Below are positions 43,757 to 53,464 of a stretch of 64,000 bases of DNA, in pieces (within the stretch, counting starts at the first letter, position 1; each line of letters opens with the position of its first letter). Position numbers and translations under genes: made by a program. Location: contig OY781964.1 of NCBI GenBank assembly GCA_963677485.1, positions 2,016,001 to 2,080,000 on the forward strand, written 5' to 3'. A model generated the notes under the pieces. The model did not search any database and had not been told where the DNA came from. It worked only from the letters and a program-made list of their open reading frames with translations. The DNA comes from Armatimonadota bacterium (GTDB taxonomy: Bacteria > Armatimonadota > HRBIN16).

Positions 43757-44190
43757 TCCTGCCCGAATCAGGATTGGTATATGTCGACTCTCAGATACTG
43801 ATTTACTCCGTAGAAAGGTATCCTAACTACCTGGATGTGGTATCGCCAATATGGCAAGCATCACGCAACGGATCCATCGAGGTCGTCACAAGTGAGCTGT
43901 CGGTTTTAGAGGTCATGACTGGTGCGATAAAGATGGGTGACCAAGGTTTGATTGATATGTATGACGAGCTGATGCAGGGTACGGAAATACGTCTAATTCC
44001 TGTTGATCTACAGATATTACTGAATGCCGCCAGGTTGCGGGCAGAGACATCTCTACGAACGCCGGATGCCATCCATGCTGCCACTGCATCTAGTGTTAAT
44101 TGTTCGACACTGATCACCAACGACCTCGCATTCCGGGTACTCAAAGCTACATTGAATATTCAGATTTTGAAGGACGTCATTACAACGTAA
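43744..44190 (+). CDS. vapC: PIN domain ribonuclease toxin (VapC family)
   Basis: VYVDSQILIY, LE, LRTPDAIHAATA, LITND acidic PIN motifs. Confidence 0.9.
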   Translation: MGSLILPESGLVYVDSQILIYSVERYPNYLDVVSPIWQASRNGSIEVVTSELSVLEVMTGAIKMGDQGLIDMYDELMQGTEIRLIPVDLQILLNAARLRAETSLRTPDAIHAATASSVNCSTLITNDLAFRVLKATLNIQILKDVITT

Positions 44191-44265
44191 CCCCTACCCT
44201 TAGGACAACAGATGGTGATGGTAAAATAACTTAGTTCACCGCTGGAGAAACTCACCTTGCGTCAT

Positions 44266-45591
44266 ATGAAACCACTGATCCGACTGATAGCCGCGGCCGC
44301 GATACTGGCAGCCCTTGCTTGCTCCGTGAATGCCCAACCACAGAAAACCACCAAAACGGCCCAGCGCGTGGAGGTCTATGTGGGCGTGGCTGACAACCAC
44401 ATGGACCAGATCAACCGCCCCGACCAATGGACGTATGTCAGGCGAAATGCCGACGGATTCTACATCAATTTCATAGAGCTCGACAGCATGTACAGCCAAA
44501 GCACGCTGGATGCCTACGGGAAGCTCTTCACGAACAAGAATGCCTTCATCGAATCGGATATGAACTCCAGCACGGAAAAAGAGCAAGGGTACGTGGATAG
44601 ACTGCACAAGGCCGGTTTCACCATCCCCTACACCAGTTTGAACTACGGTTGGAGCAAAGAACGTCAGGATGGCCTGAAGAGCTATGCACTGAAGCCAGGA
44701 CAGAAGCAAAGGCTCTGCTTCGTGCAGGATGGTCCCTGGAATATCGGCGGTACGATCTTTGAAAACAAGGCCTACAACGGGGTTTTCTCAAACTCGGACT
44801 ATAGGTCGTGGGTCAGACAGGCCGACGGCACATCGACAGACGGTCCTCTGGGCTTTTGGCTTATCGACCAGGGCAGCATGAAATCGGCGAGTTACTCCAT
44901 GGTGAAGTTTGCCCATAGTCTGGGCAAGAAGTCTGTCTTGATGTTATGCCCATATGGCGCAGGCGTGACCAGTTATACGCCCGCTATGTACCTTAATGTG
45001 GGCACCAACTGCGTGCGTGAGCACGAAGACAATGACGCCGATCCCGATATCTGGGATGTGTTTGAGTATGCCACATCAATCGACGCGGTTCCTGAACAAA
45101 AAGAGGGTGCGCCGCATAACTCCACTACCGGCATGGCCTACTACCTTATCAAGCACATCAAGGGTGATCCCAACACGCTCGACCTGTATGACACGGCGGA
45201 CTCGGGCAAGACGACCGGTGAAGGTGTTTTCGGCAGCTCAATCTTGACTCGGAGTATTGCGCCTGGCAAGACGGCCCATTACGCCATCAGCGCCGCCAAC
45301 CTAAGCTCATGGTGCGACTACGCCGCGGTCCTGAAAGCCTCTTTGATCGGTGCGAATAAGGTATGGAGCATCAAATTCAAGCTTGCAGGAAAAGACATCA
45401 CTCAGGATGTGCTGGGCGGAGGGTATAAATTCTATCAGTCTCATCGCCTCAACCCACAAACCTCTCAGACGGTTGATCTTTACATCACCCGCTCCGCCAC
45501 GAAGGGTCATGCGAAGCTTGAGCTTCTGCTGGAGTTGCGCCCCCACAATGGAAGCGACACAGTGGACTCGCTGCGGATAATTGCTAAATAG
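44266..45591 (+). CDS. secreted hypothetical protein
   Basis: Long ORF with signal peptide; no family recognised. Confidence 0.8.
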   Translation: MKPLIRLIAAAAILAALACSVNAQPQKTTKTAQRVEVYVGVADNHMDQINRPDQWTYVRRNADGFYINFIELDSMYSQSTLDAYGKLFTNKNAFIESDMNSSTEKEQGYVDRLHKAGFTIPYTSLNYGWSKERQDGLKSYALKPGQKQRLCFVQDGPWNIGGTIFENKAYNGVFSNSDYRSWVRQADGTSTDGPLGFWLIDQGSMKSASYSMVKFAHSLGKKSVLMLCPYGAGVTSYTPAMYLNVGTNCVREHEDNDADPDIWDVFEYATSIDAVPEQKEGAPHNSTTGMAYYLIKHIKGDPNTLDLYDTADSGKTTGEGVFGSSILTRSIAPGKTAHYAISAANLSSWCDYAAVLKASLIGANKVWSIKFKLAGKDITQDVLGGGYKFYQSHRLNPQTSQTVDLYITRSATKGHAKLELLLELRPHNGSDTVDSLRIIAK

Positions 45592-45755
45592 TCAGACGGC
45601 TTGTGAGACTGGCCGAAAGCGTGGTCAGTCTTAACGCGGTGGCGTTATATACCGGTCTATAACACCAGAATCCGCCGGTTACGGATAATCGATTAGGTTG
45701 GACTAATTTCCGGTATAGTAACATGTGTCATAAACTATCAACCAGGAGCCGTTCT

Positions 45756-46388
45756 ATGAAACTCTCCATCGCAGCATTCTTTGCAGCTGTATGCCTCATT
45801 GGAACCGCGGCAGCGCAGGCAGCCCCACCTCAGGTACTGGCTGACATATACAGGGATTTTTCAAGCTCACAGGGCGACAACAACTTCTACTACGGAGTGG
45901 AACAGGGCAGCATTCTATATAGCGGCTACCGGTGGGTTTATGCCGTCACCGCCATACAGCGCGATAACGGCAATTCAGCCATCGATATGGATGCCGAACC
46001 CGGCAACGGTACGGTCATGAGCTGGCACAGCCCCTATGTGGGTTGGGCCAACGTCACTGCAACGATCACCCCCACCACGCCGTATGACGGCGATCAAGGC
46101 GCAACCGTAAGGGTGGCCCAATACCGTTGGAATGGGAATACCTTTAAGACAATTAACGAGAGCGTGATGGAGGGCAACTGGACGGACCCGTTCAATGTGA
46201 ACTTCAACATGCTGCTTCAAGATAATGACTATGTGGAGTTCAAGTTCAGCAATCTGAGCACCAACAAGGGCTATTCCAGCCAGTGGACGGGGCAGATCAC
46301 AGCCGTTCCTGAGCCTGCTTCCATCGTGATGCTGACCATGGGTTTGGGTGGTCTTGGTGGCCTAGCCCTACGCCGAAAGCGCAAGTAG
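45756..46388 (+). CDS. PEP-CTERM sorting domain protein
   Basis: Signal peptide; C-terminal VPEPASIVMLTMGLGGLGGLALRRKRK. Confidence 0.93.
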   Translation: MKLSIAAFFAAVCLIGTAAAQAAPPQVLADIYRDFSSSQGDNNFYYGVEQGSILYSGYRWVYAVTAIQRDNGNSAIDMDAEPGNGTVMSWHSPYVGWANVTATITPTTPYDGDQGATVRVAQYRWNGNTFKTINESVMEGNWTDPFNVNFNMLLQDNDYVEFKFSNLSTNKGYSSQWTGQITAVPEPASIVMLTMGLGGLGGLALRRKRK

Positions 46389-46519
46389 CGTCGATCCTCA
46401 TGGGCGGGGTAACCCGCCCAAGCGTAAATATGACGGGTAGGATGAGTAAGACGAGCAGGACAGGGCGTTAAGAACCGTTCCCATTCTTTCTCCTAACTCC
46501 TCAGCTCCTTAATTCTCCC

Positions 46520-47419
46520 CTAAAGGTACCTCTTCGCGACCTCGGGGCGGCGGAAGCCCCAGCCCATCCAGCCGATGGGGTTACCATGAAACTCCGTCTT
46601 CACGGCACCCAGCGGGATGTCCAGCACGGCGACGCCGGGTTCTGAGCCCATCTGATGAACCACTTCGCCAAAAGGCCCCACCACAAAGCTCCCGCCGTTG
46701 AACCGCCCAGCGTGGTTGACTACGCTGATGAACAACTCGTTCTCCGCTGCGCGGACCTGCGTGACAACCTCGTTATGCACGCGCTGACAAGGCTGGGTGA
46801 AATCATTGGTGTCGCAGGCCAGAGGGCAGGCGATGAGCTGATTGCCGAGTGCCCTAAGGCAGCGCGCGCTTTCCGCGATCTCGCGGTCGAAGCAGATCAT
46901 GGTGCCGATGCGGTAGCTGCCCTGACTGAACCGGCAATCGGCGGCATAGAAGCCGTCACCTGGGGTCCACAGTTTGCCGTGGTCAATGCTCTCGAAATCT
47001 CGGCAATGCACCTTGCGGTAGATATATTCGATTTCGCCAGCGGGGTTGATCAGCGCGGCGGAGTTATGCAGCTTCTGCGAGTTAGCTTTCTCAGCAAATC
47101 CCAGCACCAGATGTATACCACGCTTCCTGGCGAGTTCACGGAACTGCCCCACAACCTCGCCATCAGCCGGCACCGCGCAGCGCATGGTGTCCTCCCACAG
47201 CCCTTCTTTGAAACCATCAAAGCCGTAGCCGTGGATGACGCACTCCGGCGTGATTACCAACTCCGCACCCTTATCAGCGGCCTCGTTGACGGAGGCCAGT
47301 GCGTTCTTTATGTTGTTTTCCACAGCCCAGGCCTCGGTATAGACCTGACACATGCCCAACTTCAAGCTGATGTATTCGCCGGTGTAGATATTGGGGATCA
47401 GTTCCGTGTTACAACCCAT
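46520..47419 (-). CDS. carbon-nitrogen hydrolase (nitrilase superfamily)
   Basis: E-K-C triad: ITPEC, YRKVH, MICFD; RAAEN; start uncertain. Confidence 0.9.
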   Translation of the reverse strand: MGCNTELIPNIYTGEYISLKLGMCQVYTEAWAVENNIKNALASVNEAADKGAELVITPECVIHGYGFDGFKEGLWEDTMRCAVPADGEVVGQFRELARKRGIHLVLGFAEKANSQKLHNSAALINPAGEIEYIYRKVHCRDFESIDHGKLWTPGDGFYAADCRFSQGSYRIGTMICFDREIAESARCLRALGNQLIACPLACDTNDFTQPCQRVHNEVVTQVRAAENELFISVVNHAGRFNGGSFVVGPFGEVVHQMGSEPGVAVLDIPLGAVKTEFHGNPIGWMGWGFRRPEVAKRYL

Positions 47420-47781
47420 TACACACCTTCAGGTTTTTTGTCGTGGCAGTCGCAGCAGTCGCCGCAATCCTCTTCGCCGCATGTTGTGGTTTCGTCACCC
47501 AGCTCTTCTTCTGCCGCCATCCATTCCTGCAGGTCCGCCACATTCCAGGTGTCTTTGGGGGTCGTGTTCCAAAGCTCCATAGCGGTTTCCTCATCGGGAA
47601 GCATTACGGCGTCGCGAAGGTATTCGGGAAGGTCATCTTCCAGCGCGTCATCGTTAAGGGAGAAGTTGAGGTAGAAATCCTCTGCAAGGTCACGCGCTTG
47701 GGTCTCGTCGTCCGCGATGACCACGAACCGCCGCATCCAGACTTCGGGGATTTCGATGATAAACTTCTGTATCTCTGCCAT
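47419..47781 (-). CDS. acidic hypothetical protein with Cys-rich C-terminus
   Basis: GAGG RBS; very D/E-rich; tail CGEEDCGDCCDCH. Confidence 0.75.
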   Translation of the reverse strand: MAEIQKFIIEIPEVWMRRFVVIADDETQARDLAEDFYLNFSLNDDALEDDLPEYLRDAVMLPDEETAMELWNTTPKDTWNVADLQEWMAAEEELGDETTTCGEEDCGDCCDCHDKKPEGV

Positions 47782-47855
47782 GGGTTATACCTCTTAGTGT
47801 TGTTTGAGGAGGCGGTAACCATGTTAGCAGCACCCCCATGTGTAGTTTACCGAAA

Positions 47856-48509
47856 CTACAGGGTGATTTTCGCCGCGTTGACCAGCGCCTGCTCGATCTG
47901 CTGGTGACTGGCGGTGACGCCCAACTGCCGGAGGCTGGTCAGGAACTCGCGGTGCGACCGGCCTTGCCGATAATCAGGCTCCCTGGGCGGATGCAGCAGC
48001 AGCCGTTCGATCAGCTCTATATCCATGTCGACCAGCAACGTGCCATGCACCAGCACCGACTTCCACTTCCAGGCCTGCGCGTTTCCCGATATCTTGCGGC
48101 AGTCGACCGCGATATCACTGATTCCCTGCATCTGCGCGGTGATGCCGAACTGCTGGAGGGCGCCGATCAGCACCTCTCCGGTGGTGCGGAACGCCTCTAG
48201 GATGTTCACGCGGGTGGGCGCGGGGATGGAGTAGGAGAAGTTCAGCACGTCGGGGGTTTGCACCACGGTTCCGCCGCCTGTGAAGCGCTTGAACACAGGC
48301 ACTCCCTCCGCCTCGCACTGCGGCAAGTTGGCCACCTGCTCCAGCTTCTCGCTGCAGCCGGCCACCACCGCGATGGGCCCGCCCCACCAGGTTCGGAAAA
48401 TCCGGCGGGCCTCTTTGCCGCAAATCTGCGTGTAGTACTGGTCCAGTATCACGTTGTCGGCTGGCGTCGCCGCGGATTGTTGGATGATCTCAAGGCTGTT
48501 TTGTGTCAC
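47856..48509 (-). CDS. lipoate-protein ligase family protein
   Basis: KRFTGGGTV, ISDIAV..RKISGNAQ, HGTLL, PDYRQGRSHREF. Confidence 0.88.
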   Translation of the reverse strand: MTQNSLEIIQQSAATPADNVILDQYYTQICGKEARRIFRTWWGGPIAVVAGCSEKLEQVANLPQCEAEGVPVFKRFTGGGTVVQTPDVLNFSYSIPAPTRVNILEAFRTTGEVLIGALQQFGITAQMQGISDIAVDCRKISGNAQAWKWKSVLVHGTLLVDMDIELIERLLLHPPREPDYRQGRSHREFLTSLRQLGVTASHQQIEQALVNAAKITL

Positions 48510-48646
48510 GATGTCCCCCGTTACAGTATAAACCGGGAGGGGGTGTCATCTCACGCGGAGGCGCGGAGGACGCGGAGGGAATACATGATCAAGAAGGTAG
48601 CCCCCTCTCCCGCAACACCGCTGCGGGAGGGGTATGGAACCCAGCC

Positions 48647-49825
48647 TTAGTGCTGGAACAGCCGGATGCCGTTGAGGGCCATGACCATGCCGTATTCATC
48701 CGCGGCGTCGATCACGAGCTGGTCGCGGTTGGATCCGCCGGCCTGCGCCACATACTTCACGCCGCTGCGGGCCGCGCGGTCGATGCTGTCGCGGAAGGGG
48801 AAGAAGGCGTCCGAGCCCAGCGACACGCCTGTGAGCTGATCCAGCCAGGCGCGCTTCTCCTCGCGAGTGAGTTTGGCTACCTCACCCTCGATACCCGCGC
48901 GTAATAGCTCTTCTTCGGGCGCGGTGATGTCATCCAGCAGGAACAGATCGATGGTGTTGTTCATCTCCGCGCGGTTGGCTCCCTTGGCGAACTGCAGGCC
49001 CAACACCCTGGGGTGCTGACGCAGCCACCAGAGGTCCGCCTTGCCGCCTGCCAGACGCGTGCAGTGGACACGCGACTGCTGACCCGCGCCAATGCCGATC
49101 GCCTGCCCATCCTTTGCGTAGCAGACACTGTTGGACTGCGTGAACTTCAACACGATCAGCGAAAGGATCAGGTCGCGCACGGCTTCCTCGGGCATGGATG
49201 CATGTTTGGTCACAATGTTACTCAGAGCCGAGGCATCGAGGCGGATGTCGTTGCGCTTTTGCTCAATCACTACGCCGAACAGCTCGCGCCGCTCCATCAC
49301 TGGCGGCTCGTAGCTGGGGTCGATCTGCAGCACCAGGTAGCTGCCGCCGCGCTTCTTCTGCAGAATTTTCAACGCTTCCGGCTCGTAACCGGGCGCGATC
49401 ACACCGTCGGATATCTCGCGGTTGATCAGCTTCGCGGTGGAGAGGTCGCACACATCGCTGAGCGAAATGAAGTCGCCGAAGGAGGAGATCCGGTCGGCAC
49501 CGCGCGCCCGTGCGTAGGCTGTGGCGAGGGGCGAGAGGGTTTTGAGGTCGTCCACGAAGTAAGCTTGCTTGAGCACATCGCTCAGGGGTAGCGCGACCGC
49601 GGCCCCGGCGGGACTGACGTGCTTGAAGGAGGCCGCTGCAGGAAGGCCCAGGGCCTGCTTCAGCTCGCGTACCAGTTGCCAGCCGTTCAGCGCATCCAAA
49701 ATGTTGATGCAACTGGGGGCGCCGTTGAGCACCTCGAACTTCGGGCTATCGTCGTTCAGGATCACCTGAGCTGGTGTCTGGTTAGGGTTGATACCGTATC
49801 GGAGGGGGATCACATTTTTCGGCAC
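48647..49825 (-). CDS. purH: AICAR formyltransferase (PurH-like, lacking the N-terminal IMP cyclohydrolase domain)
   Basis: [44 protein letters not shown]; 392 aa. Confidence 0.93.
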   Translation of the reverse strand: MPKNVIPLRYGINPNQTPAQVILNDDSPKFEVLNGAPSCINILDALNGWQLVRELKQALGLPAAASFKHVSPAGAAVALPLSDVLKQAYFVDDLKTLSPLATAYARARGADRISSFGDFISLSDVCDLSTAKLINREISDGVIAPGYEPEALKILQKKRGGSYLVLQIDPSYEPPVMERRELFGVVIEQKRNDIRLDASALSNIVTKHASMPEEAVRDLILSLIVLKFTQSNSVCYAKDGQAIGIGAGQQSRVHCTRLAGGKADLWWLRQHPRVLGLQFAKGANRAEMNNTIDLFLLDDITAPEEELLRAGIEGEVAKLTREEKRAWLDQLTGVSLGSDAFFPFRDSIDRAARSGVKYVAQAGGSNRDQLVIDAADEYGMVMALNGIRLFQH

Positions 49826-49873
49826 AGTGGGTCTCCATAATCGCCTTCACGCGTTGGTGAGTGCGAGGATTTG

Positions 49874-49946
49874 TGCCCAGGCGGTCGGCTTGTGTATGGA
49901 AGCGCTCCCTTGCGGTTCATTCCGCGGTATCCGCCAGTTGCGCCAT
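49874..49946 (-). ncRNA. ZMP/ZTP riboswitch
   Basis: GGCGCAACTGGCG...CCGCAAGGGAGCGC, linker, GCCGACCGCCTGGGCA directly upstream of purH. Confidence 0.9.
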
Positions 49947-49950
49947 GTTC

Positions 49951-49979
49951 ATTTTAGGCTGGTTGCGGCGGGATGTCAA
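49951..49979 (-). promoter_or_regulatory. sigma70 promoter of the purH leader
   Basis: TTGACA (49979-49974), 17 bp, TAAAAT (49956-49951). Confidence 0.85.
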
Positions 49980-50224
49980 CCGGGCGGATGGAACGGTCCA
50001 GTCTCACGCGAAGACGCGACACCACAGGTGACGACGCGAAGGGGAGGGGAAGGCACACTGCATATGAGCCAAGGCCAGTTGCACAAAAAGCCCGCTCAAG
50101 CGGGCTGAGGGGTTCCACTCCGGGAACCCCGAAGGGGTGACATTCTCATAGCCACGGGTCAGCGAAGCGCAACCCGTGGTCGAAGGCGCGGCGTTCCTAC
50201 CCCGAAGTGGGTCATTTGCCCTCA

Positions 50225-50325
50225 CCGCCATGGACACGGCACGCCATGTCTACATCCGTCCGATCCCCGCGCCCTCCGCGTCTCCGCGTGAGATAGCCCC
50301 TCAACCCAACCCCAGCATCCCCTTC
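50225..50325 (+). repeat. direct repeats left of the DUF3800 cassette
   Basis: 78-bp block 50225-50302 recurs at 51331-51409; 15-bp cccagcatccccttc 50311-50325 recurs at 51306-51320. Confidence 0.85.
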
Positions 50326-50433
50326 GTCTTCTACCGCACCCTGTCATCACGAATGGCGTTGGGCAGCTCATGGGTTCGCCAATCTCTGCTATAATATCCG
50401 CGGAATGCAAACGTCAGCCAGTGGAGATGCATA

Positions 50434-51075
50434 ATGCCAGACGAGATATTGAACGACAGGCAGTGGATATATATGGATGAGGCGGGGGGTCCTGGTTTCC
50501 ATTTGAGTGGTGGGTCATCGTCACACTTCATACTCTGTATGTGCATATTTAGTGACCACACCGAGGCCGCTGCCACTGCGCAAAGCATCATCCAAGCAGC
50601 ACGACGACTTGACTATGCTGATGAATTCCACGGTAAAAAGGCTAAAACCTCCGTGAGTACCGAATTCTTTAACAGTATCATCAAACACAAATTCCATGTC
50701 CGGCTCATCTTTGTAGACAAAAGCATCATCTGGAGCCCGAATTTCAAGACAGATCCAAAATACTTCTACAGATCAATCGCCGGGGTATTCTTCAGGCATA
50801 ACGGTGGGAAAATACACAACGCAATGCTGTATATTGGTGGCGATATCGACTCACGTCTCGAAACTGAAATCAAAACATCAGTCAACAACCTGACTTCAAG
50901 TGAAATCATCGGTGTTCAATTTATCGATTCGATATCACACCGGCTAATACAATTAGCGGACATGGTGGTCACCGCAGCCTATAAGGGATTCATCAAACGG
51001 GACCCCAGATGGTATGGCCATTGGATGCAGTTGATAGAAAATCATCTAATTGATGACATGGGGTGGTTTTACTAA
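50434..51075 (+). CDS. DUF3800 domain protein
   Basis: N-terminal IYMDEAG, EFH, C-terminal DS....IQLADMV signature; lower GC than neighbours. Confidence 0.85.
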   Translation: MPDEILNDRQWIYMDEAGGPGFHLSGGSSSHFILCMCIFSDHTEAAATAQSIIQAARRLDYADEFHGKKAKTSVSTEFFNSIIKHKFHVRLIFVDKSIIWSPNFKTDPKYFYRSIAGVFFRHNGGKIHNAMLYIGGDIDSRLETEIKTSVNNLTSSEIIGVQFIDSISHRLIQLADMVVTAAYKGFIKRDPRWYGHWMQLIENHLIDDMGWFY

Positions 51076-51152
51076 ATAAGGCGGCCCTCTATCCTATCTG
51101 CCGAAGGCAGAGGTTGACGTCGTAGACGCTTTTCGGATAGAGGGCCATTTGC
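51076..51152 (-). ncRNA. putative DUF3800-associated small structured RNA
   Basis: 12-bp closing stem (51083-51094/51135-51146) enclosing two hairpins; minus-strand extended -10 TGGTATCAT at 51167-51159. Confidence 0.6.
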
Positions 51153-51305
51153 ATCTTTATGATACCATGGCATGCCTGCTTTTTGAATACTAATCGCTGA
51201 TATTTCAGTATAATCTACGACAGTTCAACATAATCAGGCAGTAATACCAGCGGGATACAGCATATCGAACTCTCGGTCCAACTCCGGTGCCTGCGCATCT
51301 CCCAT

Positions 51306-51409
51306 CCCAGCATCCCCTTCACCACAATCCCCGCCATGGACACGACACGCCATGCCCCACACCTGTCCGATCCCCGCGACCTCTGCGTCTCCGCGTGAGA
51401 TAGCCCCTC
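51306..51409 (+). repeat. direct repeats right of the DUF3800 cassette
   Basis: Copies of 50311-50325 and 50225-50302. Confidence 0.85.
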
Positions 51410-51497
51410 TCCTCTGCTCCTAACTGCTCCCACGGTTGACACCTATACCCATTAGCGCAATAATCAAGTTGCGTATTTATATAACGGTGGTGATTTA

Positions 51498-53399
51498 ATG
51501 AACTCCTTACCCATATTAGTAATTGGCCTCTGCGTTTTCGCCCTGGCATACCGTTACTACGGAGCCTTCCTGGCCGCGAAGGTGGCGGTGCTTGACCCCA
51601 ACAGAACAACTCCTGCCCACACATACCGTGATGGAAAAGACTACCATCCTACCAACAAGTGGGTGCTTTTTGGGCATCACTTTGCCGCCATTGCAGGTGC
51701 CGGGCCTCTAGTGGGGCCTGTGCTGGCTGCCCAGTATGGCTATCTCCCCGGTATGATCTGGATTCTGGCGGGCTCGGTGTTCGCAGGAGCGGTGCAGGAC
51801 TTCATCATCCTGGTGGCCTCCACGCGTAATAAGGGTGAGTCGATCTCCCGAATCGCGGAACGCTATATGGGCAAGGTGGTCGGCTGGTGTACGGCCATCG
51901 CCGTGCTCTTCATCATCATCGTGGCGCTGGCTGGTCTGGCCATGGTGGTCGTCAACGCACTGCAACACAGTGCCTGGGCAGTTTTCACTATCGGCTGCAG
52001 CATCCCCATCGCAGTGTTGATGGGCCAATGGATGTACAAAATCCGGCCAGGAAAAGTGGTCGAAGCCACGGTCATCGGTGTGGTGTTGCTACTGGCGGCG
52101 GTCATTTACGGCGGCTCGCTGCCCCCTGATCTGGCCAAACACCTGATCTGGTCAGAGGACACGCTGAAGATCGCACTGCCGACCTACGGCTTCGTGGCGG
52201 CGGTGCTGCCGGTGTGGATGCTTCTCTGCCCGCGAGACTACCTGTCGACCTATATGAAGCTTGGCACGATCATCCTGCTTGCTTTAGGACTGTTCATCGT
52301 CCACCCGAATTTAGTGATGCCCGCCACCACGCAATACATTCACGGCGGTGGTCCGATCATCCCTGGCCCGGTGTGGCCGTATGTCTGTCTGACCATCGCC
52401 TGCGGGGCCATATCTGGTTTCCATGCGCTCATCGGCTCCGGCACCACTCCAAAAATGATCAGCAATGAGCGGGATATCCTGCCCATCGGTTATGGAGCCA
52501 TGCTGGTTGAGGGGTTTGTCAGTCTGCTGGCTCTCGTCGCCGCCTGCATCATCAGCCAAGACCACTACTTTGCGATCAATGTGAAGAATCTCGTGTTGAG
52601 TCCTCAGGTGACCAAAGAGATGGCGGAGCTTGCCAAGCAGGTGGGCGAACAGACGCTGGTGGGACGAACCGGCGGCGCCGTGACCTTAGCGGTTGGGATG
52701 GCCACCGTCTTCAATCAGCTTCCCGGTATGAAGGCCATGATGTCCTATTGGTATCACTTCGTGATCATGTTTGAGGCGTTGTTCATACTGACCACAGTCG
52801 ATACCGGCACCCGTGTGGCCCGGTTTATCGTGCAGGAGATGCTGGGGCGTGTTTACAAGCCGTTCGGAAAAGGTACATGGCTGCCCGGTGTGCTGATCAC
52901 CAGCTTCCTGGTTTCGTATGCCTGGTATTATCTGCTTCAGGGTGGTGATATCACCTCGATCTGGCCTATGTTTGGTGTGGCCAACCAGTTATTGGGAGTG
53001 ATCGCACTGGCCATTGGCACCACGCTAATCATGATGCAGTCACCAAAACGCATATACGGCATGGTGACCTTCGTGCCGTTTGTCTTCATGGCCGTGACCA
53101 CTGTCACATCCGCCATTATGAACATCGGTATATTGTTCGGCTCTGCTGCCAAACGCACCATCGAAGCTCTCGCACCAGGACTTGATCCTGCTCTGGTTGC
53201 CGCGACGGTCAAGAAGGCCAGTACCGACCGGTTGGATGCCTGGCTCACCATCATCATGTTAGCTCTGGCACTGGTCATCTGCTTTGAGTGCATCCGCAAG
53301 TGGCTGGCGATCTTGAAGACTCCCGGCAACACCATCGGCATGAATGAGCCCGAGGGCGACTTCCTGCGGCTGGCCAAGGACACCGACCTTGCAGATTAA
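51498..53399 (+). CDS. cstA: carbon starvation protein A (peptide/pyruvate transporter)
   Basis: TPAH..DGKDYHPT, LFGHHFAAIAGAGPLVGPVLAAQYGYLPG, IACGAISGFHAL, IWPMFGVANQLL. Confidence 0.96.
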   Translation: MNSLPILVIGLCVFALAYRYYGAFLAAKVAVLDPNRTTPAHTYRDGKDYHPTNKWVLFGHHFAAIAGAGPLVGPVLAAQYGYLPGMIWILAGSVFAGAVQDFIILVASTRNKGESISRIAERYMGKVVGWCTAIAVLFIIIVALAGLAMVVVNALQHSAWAVFTIGCSIPIAVLMGQWMYKIRPGKVVEATVIGVVLLLAAVIYGGSLPPDLAKHLIWSEDTLKIALPTYGFVAAVLPVWMLLCPRDYLSTYMKLGTIILLALGLFIVHPNLVMPATTQYIHGGGPIIPGPVWPYVCLTIACGAISGFHALIGSGTTPKMISNERDILPIGYGAMLVEGFVSLLALVAACIISQDHYFAINVKNLVLSPQVTKEMAELAKQVGEQTLVGRTGGAVTLAVGMATVFNQLPGMKAMMSYWYHFVIMFEALFILTTVDTGTRVARFIVQEMLGRVYKPFGKGTWLPGVLITSFLVSYAWYYLLQGGDITSIWPMFGVANQLLGVIALAIGTTLIMMQSPKRIYGMVTFVPFVFMAVTTVTSAIMNIGILFGSAAKRTIEALAPGLDPALVAATVKKASTDRLDAWLTIIMLALALVICFECIRKWLAILKTPGNTIGMNEPEGDFLRLAKDTDLAD

Positions 53400-53464
53400 T
53401 AAAGCAACACAGTAACCAGCGTTGTAATACGTCCGGCGAAACACGAAATCATACGAGGTGTCTT

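Noticed and set aside
50090-50220. IS200/IS605 element or omega-RNA
   Set aside because: Only short REP-like hairpins are present, with no tnpA, tnpB or iscB coding remnant recognised.
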